This document shows, in pieces, positions 31,158-41,376 of a stretch of 64,000 nt of DNA. The stretch's first letter is position 1. Every line of letters starts with the position of its first letter. This DNA is from an uncultured Clostridium sp. GTDB lineage: Bacteria; Bacillota; Clostridia; TANB77; CAG-508. The DNA is taken from assembly GCA_900553945.1 (NCBI GenBank), contig USFR01000006.1:52948-116947 (forward strand). Reading direction: 5' to 3'. The notes under the pieces are model-generated. The model made no database searches, was not told where the DNA came from, and saw only the letters and a program-made list of their open reading frames with translations. The position numbers and the translations under genes were made by a program.

Positions 31158-31928
31158 TCAAGGCATTTTTGCTGCATGCAAAACAATTCTTTCTTTATTA
31201 TCATTAGTGCATGTTGACAATGTTAAAATCTTGCTTTGTGCTGATAGCTCTGTTCCAAAATTCTTTACACTTCGAGACTTCAATGTATTTAAAAACTTCA
31301 AATATTCCTCATCAGATTCAAAATAATTTTTTAAATAATATTCTTCTGGCTCAATCTTATATACAGAGAAAACTCGGTAATAATCAACACTATCTTTAGT
31401 TGCAAGAACAACTGTCATATTCTCCTCATTATTTTGCCAATCGGCTGTTAGCATATTGTTCATTGTACCAAACATAGAATTATCTCTCATATTATGTCCA
31501 AAAATAGAAATATTTTTATCAGTGCCATCAAACTTATTAATATAATTTGCAAATATCCACCCAGCACGATTATATTCCTTATAAAAATTATGTCTTAAGT
31601 AAAAATCATTGTTATCTGTTTTCACAACAGGGAAACTAATATCTGTACCATTAACAATCAAATATGCAATCGTATCAGGATTTTTCTCTGTCAATGCTGA
31701 AAAATCAACAATATATTCTTTTTCATTATTATCATCTTGAGTAACTTGAACATAATGCTGAACTTCACTAATAACTTCACCATTCTTCTTATTGTCCATA
31801 AACCAAGAATATATCTTCACTCCAGAATATATCAGTACAATAACAAATGTACATTCTATTATAGAAAATAGTATTAACTTTCTTTTTTTATTTTTTTCTA
31901 CTCTTTTTTCTCTTCTATTCATGCACAT
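31158..31928 (-). CDS. srtB: Class B sortase
   Basis: N-terminal TM anchor, catalytic His (IFGHNM), TLSTC active-site cysteine motif, conserved Arg (RIVLHA). Confidence 0.8.
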   Translation of the reverse strand: MCMNRREKRVEKNKKRKLILFSIIECTFVIVLIYSGVKIYSWFMDNKKNGEVISEVQHYVQVTQDDNNEKEYIVDFSALTEKNPDTIAYLIVNGTDISFPVVKTDNNDFYLRHNFYKEYNRAGWIFANYINKFDGTDKNISIFGHNMRDNSMFGTMNNMLTADWQNNEENMTVVLATKDSVDYYRVFSVYKIEPEEYYLKNYFESDEEYLKFLNTLKSRSVKNFGTELSAQSKILTLSTCTNDNKERIVLHAAKMP

Positions 31929-32108
31929 AATTATACTATTTCAAAATTTAAGAGTCAAATACATTCAATATACAAAACTTTACATTTATCGTTGAAATTC
32001 TTTGAATCTCCTTCCTTGCTTGATTTTCTGTGATTTTTGAGATATAATTACTATAGATGCTTTTTTATTTATATGTGAGACATTATTTACCAAAGGAGGA
32101 TAAACACA

Positions 32109-33134
32109 ATGAAAATGTCAAATACTTTAAAAGATGTCATCCATCAAAAGTACGTTAGTGCAGCACAGGCAGCAAGCATTAACCCAGTAGAGGTTGAAGA
32201 AAATCTTCGCAAAGAGCTCGAAAACATTGATTTTTCTGGAAATGATGCTATAATTATGGATTATTTTCTGGACAAACTTGACAAAAGCATTCTTGCTCGG
32301 AAACAAACCCACCAAATGACAAACGTCAGCAGTGATGTATTGCACACAGCAATGTATATTATCAAATGGTTGAATCACGAATTTGATTACAATATTGATA
32401 CAAACATTGTTGCAAGACGTAAAGGTCTTGATTCAGAATTAGCTAAAATGCTTAGCCTCGCAGATGAACAGGATCCAACTCAGATTATGGATCGATTTGG
32501 TATAAGATTTGTTCTCGAAAACAACATCTCAACCGTATGCAAGTTCATGGTAAAATTCGTTAACATCATTTGCCACTTGAATCGTCAAGATTTAAGAAAC
32601 TTTATGAGTTTCGTGGAAACATCAGAATATGTTGATGATGTAGATGCCTACAGAATCAAAAACTTATTAAGAATTCCGTTTTCACTGAAACCACTTAGCA
32701 GAAAAAGTGATGGCAAACAGTTTGACCACGAGAAATATCCTGATATCGAGCTCCCGACACAAGCCGATATTGAAATTGTTAAACATCTTCTTGGAAACAT
32801 GAAATTCTATTTCATTCCGAAATCAAATGGATATCAGTCCATTCATGTTTTGATTGAAATTGAATCTTCATCTCCAAAGTTGCCAGGTTTCCAGATTGAA
32901 GTACAATTCCGTACTCACAAAATGGATGACTTTGCAGAAAATAACATCAACGCATCTCATATTCTTCATAAGGGTAAATTTAAGGAATACCTTAATGTAT
33001 TTACCCTTACAGATGAGGAATTGAAAGGAACTAACATTAGATTCTTCCGTTCATATAAGAGCGAGCAGGATGACCAAGACGGCATTCACTTTGGGAAGAA
33101 ATTCTACAACCGTCGTATCAACACAATTTCATAA
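32109..33134 (+). CDS. RelA/SpoT-domain protein: small-alarmone-synthetase-like nucleotide pyrophosphokinase (possible toxSAS) in a GC-elevated insert
   Basis: Synthetase-fold motifs: basic helix VARRKGLDSELAK, DRFGIRFVLE (G-loop Asp), NGYQSIHVLIEI, EVQFRTHKMDDFAE...HILHKGK (ExQxRT..M..WA..H..YK pattern). GC about 37%. Confidence 0.65.
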   Translation: MKMSNTLKDVIHQKYVSAAQAASINPVEVEENLRKELENIDFSGNDAIIMDYFLDKLDKSILARKQTHQMTNVSSDVLHTAMYIIKWLNHEFDYNIDTNIVARRKGLDSELAKMLSLADEQDPTQIMDRFGIRFVLENNISTVCKFMVKFVNIICHLNRQDLRNFMSFVETSEYVDDVDAYRIKNLLRIPFSLKPLSRKSDGKQFDHEKYPDIELPTQADIEIVKHLLGNMKFYFIPKSNGYQSIHVLIEIESSSPKLPGFQIEVQFRTHKMDDFAENNINASHILHKGKFKEYLNVFTLTDEELKGTNIRFFRSYKSEQDDQDGIHFGKKFYNRRINTIS

Positions 33135-33343
33135 CAAAAAAAAAATTGTCTCACATCAATATACCACCGTTCCGAATTGGAACGCAAAACAAAAAAACGA
33201 CCATGCAGGCCGTTTTTTTGTTTTATTTAATTTTAATGATACCCCTCAACTATGCTAGGGGATAATTGTAACTTTAATAATCTACTCAACTATATTGAGA
33301 AATAATTATAACTTTAATATTTCTCTGTTATACACAAAAATAA

Positions 33344-35113
33344 TTATTTTTCCTCAGGTAAAAGGTTCAACAATTTTAGTATCGCAACACCAATCTTTTC
33401 ACCTTTTCCCTCATAAGGCCATTCGTTAATTGAATAGCCAGGATTATCATTAATCTCAATAATTGAATAATTCTCCTCATCCAAATCTTCAATAATTATA
33501 TCAACACCGCAAATTTTTGCATCAAATGCACGAGACGCTTTCTCAGCAACCTTTTTAAAATATGTTGGCATAATCTCAGTCATATCAACGCTCTCACCAC
33601 CAGTAGAACAATTTGAATTTGTTCTCAAGAAAACTCTCTTTCCAGCAGGTAAAACCGTTTCATAATCATAGCCTTGAACCCTCAAATACTCAACAACCGG
33701 TTCATCCATCTTAACAGGAGTTCCAGTCAAGAAATGCCAAGGCTCTTTATTTTTCGCATCAATCAATTCCTTAATTGTACTCTTTCCATTTCCAACAACA
33801 CTAGCAGCCCTCCTATGAGCGACACTCAAGCATTTACCATTAACAACTAAGAAACGATACTCCATACCCTTTACATACTGCTCAATTAAAACATTTTCAT
33901 CAAACTTAAACGCATAATCAACAGCATTCATAATCTGAGCTTTAGAAGCACTTTTAGCAAATACAGTAATACCTGTACCATAGTTCGTATTTCTAGGCTT
34001 TACAACCAAAGAGCGATTATAAAATTCCTTCAATAACTCTTCTCTATCCTGAGCATTCATATTTCTATTTAGCAAAATAGCATTTGGAACATTCAGACCA
34101 TGCTCTTTCATTATCTGCTTTGAAGTAAACTTATCATCAGTAATAATTGGGAAAATATATGTATCTTTATCAGTCTTATTTCCCTCAATTACAAACTCCT
34201 CTCTGTCCTTATAATAGAATTGAACAATACTCTTTAACTCATTCAAAACTTCATAATCAACACCATTAGCAATAGCATCTTTAATTAAAACTACAGATTC
34301 ACTAACTAGCTTCTTATAATTTTGAAGACAATATCTAGCATTGTGGCCTTCATTAGTATACAAACTCAAAAATTCTTCAACTTTTTCATCTGTTAAAGAA
34401 TCCTCATCAAATCTACACAATCCAGCTTTAACCTCAGCTTCAATAGATTCAAGACCTGATTTAGTCTTCAAATTATACTTTTTCTCTACCTTATATAAAT
34501 ACTTAATCTCCTCTTTTAAACTCTTTGATTCATCATTTCCTAAGCAACCAAAAATAAATGTTAATAAAAACATTGCATCAGCCTCTGACAAACCACACTT
34601 TGAACGATAATTAATACCTATTGATGAAATCCTCAACTTATTCTTTCCAGCAATAATCTTACACTTACCAAACAACGGCTGAATAAGTTCTAACTTACGC
34701 TCAAACTCCTTCTTAATCTTCTCATTAGCCTCTTCAATATCATCTGGTAAAAAATCCTTTTCTCTAATTTCATCATAAAACTCTTCATCCAATATAATTC
34801 CCATTTGAGCCTTTAAGTTTATCTTTTCATCCTTCTTCTTAAAAGTTCCAAACGTCCATATATATTGATTAATCTTATATAACTCTTCAATAACAACATT
34901 TGTTATTTCATTAAATTTATCATACGCATCAAATAAATTTTCTTCCATTGGCGTTTTAATTTTAAAAACAACATCATCGTCATCAGCCGTAATTAACGGA
35001 TTTTTTTCCTTACAGCCAAATGCCTTAGGAAAACTTGTTTCAACCAACTTATTTTTTGAATTAATTCTTACAAACTCTCTTTCGAGACTAATATTATATT
35101 TTTCTATTTTCAT
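33344..35113 (-). CDS. ATP-grasp ligase (D-Ala-D-Ala ligase/glutathione synthetase-like C-terminal domain) with an uncharacterised ~300-aa N-terminal domain
   Basis: C-terminal half has ATP-grasp signatures: VVKPRNTNYGTGITVF, EQYVKGMEYRFLVVNG, IIEINDNPGYS. The N-terminal half matches nothing recognisable by eye. Confidence 0.65.
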   Translation of the reverse strand: MKIEKYNISLEREFVRINSKNKLVETSFPKAFGCKEKNPLITADDDDVVFKIKTPMEENLFDAYDKFNEITNVVIEELYKINQYIWTFGTFKKKDEKINLKAQMGIILDEEFYDEIREKDFLPDDIEEANEKIKKEFERKLELIQPLFGKCKIIAGKNKLRISSIGINYRSKCGLSEADAMFLLTFIFGCLGNDESKSLKEEIKYLYKVEKKYNLKTKSGLESIEAEVKAGLCRFDEDSLTDEKVEEFLSLYTNEGHNARYCLQNYKKLVSESVVLIKDAIANGVDYEVLNELKSIVQFYYKDREEFVIEGNKTDKDTYIFPIITDDKFTSKQIMKEHGLNVPNAILLNRNMNAQDREELLKEFYNRSLVVKPRNTNYGTGITVFAKSASKAQIMNAVDYAFKFDENVLIEQYVKGMEYRFLVVNGKCLSVAHRRAASVVGNGKSTIKELIDAKNKEPWHFLTGTPVKMDEPVVEYLRVQGYDYETVLPAGKRVFLRTNSNCSTGGESVDMTEIMPTYFKKVAEKASRAFDAKICGVDIIIEDLDEENYSIIEINDNPGYSINEWPYEGKGEKIGVAILKLLNLLPEEK

Positions 35114-35133
35114 AATAACTCACTTTCTTACAA

Positions 35134-36105
35134 CTACAATATATTCATAGATTCTACCTGAACTTTTCCAAACCTTGGTGTTCTTTCATTACCAACTGCC
35201 GTACTTCCAGGCTCTATGCTCATATTAAGTGCATTTACTGGTTTAATTTCATGGTATACAACAAAATCATGTTCATACATATTCAAATAACTGCGTTTTT
35301 CATATGTATTTCTTTTTATAATATGAGACAATTTTTTAAACAAATTATCCGTATCCAAATCAACATAAGAAAAAACTTTTTCAGAACTCTCATCACCTTT
35401 ATTTTGAAAATCAATTTCAAATAAAAAAGTTGGAGCCTCTTTTAATTCTATGTTTTTATTCATAATTTCATAATAACCTACCAGCTTTAATCCTACATTT
35501 AATTCATCCTCCTGCAACGATTTAACCGTTTTGCACAAAGCATCAAAACTATTTTTATTTCTACAATCAATCTCACACGCTAATCGTATTTTATTCTCCT
35601 TATTTAACTCATAAGCGCCTTTAATTGCAGACCTATATAGTTGCTTACCAATTCCTTTTACTTTATTTCCATACACGTCAAAAATATTCTGCTTTGCAAG
35701 AACCCCTGTTATAAACATCACATTTTCATTTGAAGTTGGGAAAAACGGATTATTAGACTTTTTTAAATTATTTTCAATTTTAACTGTTGTTGCTCCAATA
35801 ATATCATTTTCACCAAACTCATTTCTCTGCGTTGCAAGTATAACAGGATACTTAGTCACATTTTGATAAACCTGTGAAACATCCGGCACATGCATAAAAT
35901 CTTTGTTACCAATAAAATTCTGGTCATAAAAATAAGTTAATTTCAAAATGCCATTTAAAAAATCTTTTTCTGGCAAAGATTGAAACAAATTAAATTTAAT
36001 ATTTGATTTCTCTTTCAGTTCCTCCATTTCTTTAAAATATTTTTTGAATACAGTCTCTTCAAGAGACATCTGTATTCGCGGTTTTGCTTTTTTCTTTTTC
36101 TTCAT
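35134..36105 (-). CDS. GNAT-family N-acetyltransferase domain protein
   Basis: Motif A-like NKVKGIGKQLYRSAIKGA after beta-strand FITGVLAKQ. Lysine-rich N-terminus; the true start is probably at MSLEETVF. Confidence 0.55.
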   Translation of the reverse strand: MKKKKKAKPRIQMSLEETVFKKYFKEMEELKEKSNIKFNLFQSLPEKDFLNGILKLTYFYDQNFIGNKDFMHVPDVSQVYQNVTKYPVILATQRNEFGENDIIGATTVKIENNLKKSNNPFFPTSNENVMFITGVLAKQNIFDVYGNKVKGIGKQLYRSAIKGAYELNKENKIRLACEIDCRNKNSFDALCKTVKSLQEDELNVGLKLVGYYEIMNKNIELKEAPTFLFEIDFQNKGDESSEKVFSYVDLDTDNLFKKLSHIIKRNTYEKRSYLNMYEHDFVVYHEIKPVNALNMSIEPGSTAVGNERTPRFGKVQVESMNIL

Positions 36106-36393
36106 ATGATTCTCCTATAACAAGCAATCCGAGCTAGTTACAACCGATTTGCTTGCTCATAAAAAATAGTGCTAACCACTTTTAAGGCTAACACAGTAAT
36201 AATACGATTTTTCAAATTAAAAAGCAATTTGATAAACGAGTTAATTTTAACCAATTTCAGTCAAATTTAACCATTTTAGCTCAAATTTCATTTCCAATAT
36301 ATGTTTATCTTTTTAAATATTGTTCTTAATCATTTTATTGCATTTTCTCAATAAAAGTCCCAGTAACTCAACACTTTGCAGAATTTTGTAGTT

Positions 36394-37191
36394 CTAAACT
36401 CCCATTATGTTATAACCATTATCAGCATAAAGTACATGTCCCGTAACACAACTTGACATGCCAGATAATAAAAACGTTGCAACATCACCAACTTGACTAG
36501 TAGTAACATTTTTATGTAATGGTGCCTTTTCCTCAACAATACTTAAAATACTTTCAAAATCTTTTATTCCCTTAGCAGATAAAGTTTTAATAGGTCCAGC
36601 AGAAACAGCATTCACACGAACACCTTCCTTACCAAGATTTTCAGCTAAATATCTAACACTCGTCTCTAACGCAGCTTTAGCAACACCCATAACATTATAC
36701 CCTTCTAAAACTTTAGTAGAACCGTGATAAGTTAAAGTAACTAAACTAGCATTTTCATTTAACAAATCCATTTGTTTAGCCATTCTAGCTACTAGCACAA
36801 ATGAATAACTACTTACATCACAAGCATGTGCAAATCCCTCTTTACTTGTATAAATAAAATCATTGTGTAAATCTTCTGTATTTGCATGCGCAATCGCATG
36901 AACAATTCCATCAACCTTGCCATTTTCCTCTTTAATTTTTTTGAAACATTCTTCAACTAATTCATCTTCTGAAGCACCATTCAAGCAATAGCACTTACTT
37001 CCAGCAAAATCAGAAACCAATTCTTCAATTTTCTTTCTATTATCCTCACCCATAAAAGTAAAAATCAATTTTGCCCCATTTTCATAAGCAGACTTTGCAA
37101 TTCCATACGCAATGCTCCACTTATTCCTAATTCCCATTATTAATATTTTTTTATTTTCTAATAACATATCAAAATCCAACCTTTCAATCAT
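36394..37191 (-). CDS. fabI: Enoyl-[acyl-carrier-protein] reductase (NADH), FabI
   Basis: SDR fold with the FabI-type N-terminus LIMGIRNKWSIAYGIAK and the active-site Y-x6-K region. Confidence 0.85.
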   Translation of the reverse strand: MIERLDFDMLLENKKILIMGIRNKWSIAYGIAKSAYENGAKLIFTFMGEDNRKKIEELVSDFAGSKCYCLNGASEDELVEECFKKIKEENGKVDGIVHAIAHANTEDLHNDFIYTSKEGFAHACDVSSYSFVLVARMAKQMDLLNENASLVTLTYHGSTKVLEGYNVMGVAKAALETSVRYLAENLGKEGVRVNAVSAGPIKTLSAKGIKDFESILSIVEEKAPLHKNVTTSQVGDVATFLLSGMSSCVTGHVLYADNGYNIMGV

Positions 37192-37202
37192 TATAATTAA
37201 TA

Positions 37203-37985
37203 TTAAACCTTCTTATACTCACCAATATTTCTAAACTTAGCATATCTATCTTCAACAAGCTCCTCATCAGATAATTGCAACAACTCATCTATAGCCTTGC
37301 AAATCTCACACTTTAAAGTATTTGCTGTTTCATCAGACTCTTCAATTATTTTGTCAATAACCTTTAAATCATACAAATCATAAGCAGTAAGTTTCATTTT
37401 TTCAGCAGCTTCCTTAGCCTTTGAAGAATCCTTCCATAGAATACTAGCATATCCCTCTGGTGAAAGAATCGAATAAATTGCATTTTCTAACATAAAAACT
37501 CTATTTCCTACACCAATAGCTAAAGCACCACCACTTGAACCTTCACCTATGACAATAGAAATAATCGGAACCTTAAGTCCAGCCATTTCAAGCATAGAAC
37601 TAGCAATTGCTTCACCTTGGCCTTTTTCTTCAGCCTCAATTCCAGGATACGCACCTTTAGTATCAATAAAAGTTATAACAGGTCTACGAAACTTTTCTGC
37701 CTGTTTCATAAATCTTATAGCCTTTCTATAACTTTCAGGATTAGGCATTCCAAAATTTCTTTCAATATTCTCCTTAGTATTTCTACCTTTCTGTTCAGCA
37801 ATAATTGTAAAACTTTGATTACCTATTCTAGCAATACCACACACAATTGACTTGTCGTCATATCCCATTCTATCGCCATGCAATTCAATAAACTCATCAA
37901 AAATTTCATCAATATAATCAAGAGATGTTTTTCGATTAGGTGACCTAGCAATTTCAACCCTTTCCCATGCAGTAACTTTTTTCAT
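37203..37985 (-). CDS. accA: Acetyl-CoA carboxylase carboxyltransferase subunit alpha
   Basis: 260 aa with the crotonase-like CT-alpha motifs ...[33 protein letters not shown]. Confidence 0.9.
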   Translation of the reverse strand: MKKVTAWERVEIARSPNRKTSLDYIDEIFDEFIELHGDRMGYDDKSIVCGIARIGNQSFTIIAEQKGRNTKENIERNFGMPNPESYRKAIRFMKQAEKFRRPVITFIDTKGAYPGIEAEEKGQGEAIASSMLEMAGLKVPIISIVIGEGSSGGALAIGVGNRVFMLENAIYSILSPEGYASILWKDSSKAKEAAEKMKLTAYDLYDLKVIDKIIEESDETANTLKCEICKAIDELLQLSDEELVEDRYAKFRNIGEYKKV

Positions 37986-38893
37986 TAAACATCACTCCTT
38001 TTATGAAATTTAACCAATTTATATAACATACTTTTCATATCTTTTCTTTCAACTATTTCATCTATAAAACCATGTTCTAGTAAAAATTCTGAAGTTTGAA
38101 AGCCTTCTGGCAACTCTTGTCCAATCGTTTGTTTTATTACCCTTTGTCCTGCAAAACCAATCATTGCACCAGGCTCAGCCAAAACAATATCAGCAATGCT
38201 AGCAAAAGAAGCAGTGACACCACCATAAGTTGGATCAGTCAATACAGAAATATACAAAATGCCAGCTTTATTCAATTTTGCGACAGCTGCAGTAGTTTTC
38301 GCCATTTGCATTAAAGAAATAATTCCTTCCTGCATTCTAGCACCACCTGATGTGCAAAAAATTATAAATGGAATACCCAATTCAATAGCTTTCTCCATAG
38401 AATATGTAATCTTTTCACCAACTACACTTCCCATGCTTCCCATTAAAAATCCACTATCCATTACACATATTACAACATCTTCACCATTAATCTTTCCTGT
38501 TCCTGCACTAACAGCCTCCTGAATTCCAGTTTTAGCTCGTAAAGTTTTTATTTTCTGTTCATAGCCATCTAAATTCAATGGATTAACATTATCAATATTT
38601 AAATCGAACTTTTTATAAGACCCCTCATCAAGAATTGTTTCAAGTCTTTTATTAATATGCATTCTAAAATAAGCACCACAATTAGGACAAATACTCATAT
38701 TCTCTCTTACAGTTTCTTTATAAACAATTTCTTTACATTTATCACATTTAACCCATTTACCAACAGGAATATCTATTTTAGACTTTATATTCTTCGCAGT
38801 AGGTGGTCTTTTCTTCATCTTATCAACAATCATAATTTTTACACTCCTAAAAAAGCTAATGTATAATACAGTTTCTAAAATGCTACAAAGCAC
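37985..38893 (-). CDS. accD: Acetyl-CoA carboxylase carboxyltransferase subunit beta
   Basis: Zinc ribbon [10 protein letters not shown]...[10 protein letters not shown] followed by the CT-beta domain. The true start is probably internal (MKKRPP...). Confidence 0.9.
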   Translation of the reverse strand: MLCSILETVLYISFFRSVKIMIVDKMKKRPPTAKNIKSKIDIPVGKWVKCDKCKEIVYKETVRENMSICPNCGAYFRMHINKRLETILDEGSYKKFDLNIDNVNPLNLDGYEQKIKTLRAKTGIQEAVSAGTGKINGEDVVICVMDSGFLMGSMGSVVGEKITYSMEKAIELGIPFIIFCTSGGARMQEGIISLMQMAKTTAAVAKLNKAGILYISVLTDPTYGGVTASFASIADIVLAEPGAMIGFAGQRVIKQTIGQELPEGFQTSEFLLEHGFIDEIVERKDMKSMLYKLVKFHKRSDV

Positions 38894-38922
38894 ATTAAAA
38901 ATAACATTTTAGAAACTAGTTA

Positions 38923-40266
38923 TTATTTATTTAAAATTTCTTTTTCAATAAATGATGTGTCAAACTTTCCTCTAATGAAATCCTGATTTTTTATAATCTG
39001 AAATAAAAAATCAATATTAGTATCCACTCCCTCAATAACAATTTCCTCAAGAGCTCTTTTCATTTTGCTGATTGCTTCATTTCTTGTATCACCAAACGCA
39101 ATAATTTTTGCAATCATAGAATCATAATTTGGAGGAATAGTATATCCCTCATAAATTGCGGAATCAATTCTGATTCCCTTACCACCTGGAAAATTCAAAC
39201 CAGTTATCTTACCAGGACAAGGCATAAAATTTTTAGAAGGATTTTCAGCATTAATTCTACATTCTATACTATGCCCTCTAAACTCAACATCCTTTTGTTT
39301 TAATTTCAATTGTTCACCACCAGCAATCTTTATTTGCTGTTTAACAATATCAATACCTGTTCTCATCTCAGTAATCGGATGCTCCACCTGAATTCTTGTA
39401 TTCATTTCCATAAAATAAAATTTCTTATCATCATCTACAAGAAATTCAACAGTTCCGCAACTACTATATCCAGCTAATTTAGCAGCCTTCACGGCAGTTT
39501 CTCCCATTTTATTTCTTAGCTTTTCATCAACAATAGTTGAAGGTGTTTCCTCAATTACCTTTTGATTTCTTCTTTGAATTGAGCAATCCCTTTCACCCAA
39601 ATGAATAACATTTCCATGCTCATCAGCTAATATTTGAATCTCAACATGTCTTGGATTTTTAATAAATTTCTCTATATAAATTTCATCATCATTAAAAGAA
39701 ATTTTTGCCTCTTGCTTTACAATATTATAATTTTTCTCTAATTCCTCAGGTGAATTTGCAACACGAATTCCTTTTCCGCCACCACCTGCAGCAGCCTTCA
39801 ACATAACCGGATACCCTATTCTTTCCGCAACTGCAAGTGCATCTTTTAATCCTTTTATGCTTCCATCCGAACCAGGAATAACAGGAATTCCCGCATTCTT
39901 CATAAATTCTTTAGCATTAGACTTGTTTCCCATAAATTCAATAACCTTATGAGAAGGACCAATAAACTTAATATTAGATTCTTCACACATTTGGGCAAAC
40001 TGACTATTTTCTGATAAAAAACCGAACCCAGGATGAATACTATCACTTCCAGTAATATTAGCTGCTTCAATAATATTTTTACAATTCAAATAACTTTTGG
40101 TAGAATTTGCAGGGCCAATACACACAGCTTCATCCGCTAAATGAGTATGCATAGCATCTTTGTCAGCCTCAGAATAAACGGCAACAGTTTTAATATTCAT
40201 CTCTTTACATGCACGTATTACTCTAACTGCAATCTCACCTCTATTGGCAATTAATATTTTATTCAT
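38923..40266 (-). CDS. accC: Acetyl-CoA carboxylase biotin carboxylase subunit
   Basis: 447 aa; MNKILIANRGEIAVRVIRACKEM N-terminus with an ATP-grasp core. Confidence 0.95.
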   Translation of the reverse strand: MNKILIANRGEIAVRVIRACKEMNIKTVAVYSEADKDAMHTHLADEAVCIGPANSTKSYLNCKNIIEAANITGSDSIHPGFGFLSENSQFAQMCEESNIKFIGPSHKVIEFMGNKSNAKEFMKNAGIPVIPGSDGSIKGLKDALAVAERIGYPVMLKAAAGGGGKGIRVANSPEELEKNYNIVKQEAKISFNDDEIYIEKFIKNPRHVEIQILADEHGNVIHLGERDCSIQRRNQKVIEETPSTIVDEKLRNKMGETAVKAAKLAGYSSCGTVEFLVDDDKKFYFMEMNTRIQVEHPITEMRTGIDIVKQQIKIAGGEQLKLKQKDVEFRGHSIECRINAENPSKNFMPCPGKITGLNFPGGKGIRIDSAIYEGYTIPPNYDSMIAKIIAFGDTRNEAISKMKRALEEIVIEGVDTNIDFLFQIIKNQDFIRGKFDTSFIEKEILNK

Positions 40267-40281
40267 TATAAAATCTCCTTT

Positions 40282-40704
40282 TTAAACAATTGCAAAAGTA
40301 AGTTCACCTTTAGCAACAATTTTTCCATCACAAGTTGCTAAAGCCTCTCCAACACCAATTGGACCTTTTTGTTTTATGATTTTTACTTCTAATTTTAAAA
40401 CATCCCCAGGAACAACTTGCTTTTTAAAACGCATCTTATCAATTCCAGCAAATAAAGCATTTCTACCTTTATTTGCTTCTAAACTCAATATTGCAATAGC
40501 TCCTGTTTGGGCTAAACTTTCAGTAATTAAGACTCCAGGCATTATTGGATTTCCAGGAAAATGGCCCTTAAAATACCATTCATTTTCACTTACATGTTTA
40601 TATGCAATAGCTGATTCGCCAGGTACATATTCTTCAACTTCATCAATCATCAAAAAAGGTTCTCTTTGAGGTATGATTTGTTTTATCTCATTTTTGTTTA
40701 ACAT
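40282..40704 (-). CDS. fabZ: 3-hydroxyacyl-[ACP] dehydratase FabZ
   Basis: 140-aa hot-dog fold with [15 protein letters not shown] active-site motif. Confidence 0.9.
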   Translation of the reverse strand: MLNKNEIKQIIPQREPFLMIDEVEEYVPGESAIAYKHVSENEWYFKGHFPGNPIMPGVLITESLAQTGAIAILSLEANKGRNALFAGIDKMRFKKQVVPGDVLKLEVKIIKQKGPIGVGEALATCDGKIVAKGELTFAIV

Positions 40705-40740
40705 ACTTTACTCCTTTTTATTTATTTCATTATCCTTTAC

Positions 40741-40909
40741 GTCAGAAATATAAAAATAAAATTTATGATTGCGACGTGAGAGATGGTAGTAGAAAATCTT
40801 AGAAAAATCAATTAGGGAATCTCACAGGAATGAGGGCGCTGATTGATTTTTCTTAGAATTTCTAAACCACGAAACGAGCCAAAATAAAATTTATTTTTAT
40901 ATTTCTGAC
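40741..40909. repeat. Palindromic MITE-like element, copy C (169 bp): near-perfect 24-bp TIRs plus nested internal inverted repeats, between fabZ and accB
   Basis: gtcagaaatataaaaataaaattt at 40741-40764 against its reverse complement at 40886-40909. Inner IR tagaaaatcttagaaaaatcaat / attgatttttcttagaatttcta. Confidence 0.65.
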
Positions 40910-40921
40910 ATAATTGTTAAT

Positions 40922-41359
40922 CTATATAATTCTAAATAAAGCTTTCCCATATTCAACAGCTTCACCATCTTTTATAAAAATCTCTGCAATTTCGCCATCA
41001 AACTCTGATTCAATTTCATTCATAAGTTTCATGGCCTCTATAATGCAAAGCACATCCCCCTTTTTAACATTCTTTCCAACCTCAACATAAGGATTAGCAC
41101 TCGGATTAGGTTTGATATAAAAAGTACCAACCATCGGAGACTTTACAATTTTTCCTGTATCTTCATTACTTGATTGCTCTGACTTAAGCTCCTCTTTCTT
41201 AACTTCTTGACTAGAAGATTTCATTGCTTTAGTTGATATCTCAACATTTTTATTTTTCTTCATACTGATCTTTGTACCATCAGGAAAATCAATATGAATA
41301 GAAGATAATTTTGAGTTTCCCATATCATCCATTAATTGTTTAATTTTCTCATACTCCAT
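40922..41359 (-). CDS. accB: Acetyl-CoA carboxylase biotin carboxyl carrier protein
   Basis: C-terminal biotinyl domain with the EAMKLMNEIE motif. Confidence 0.9.
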   Translation of the reverse strand: MEYEKIKQLMDDMGNSKLSSIHIDFPDGTKISMKKNKNVEISTKAMKSSSQEVKKEELKSEQSSNEDTGKIVKSPMVGTFYIKPNPSANPYVEVGKNVKKGDVLCIIEAMKLMNEIESEFDGEIAEIFIKDGEAVEYGKALFRII

Positions 41360-41376
41360 TTTAATTCACCTCATAA

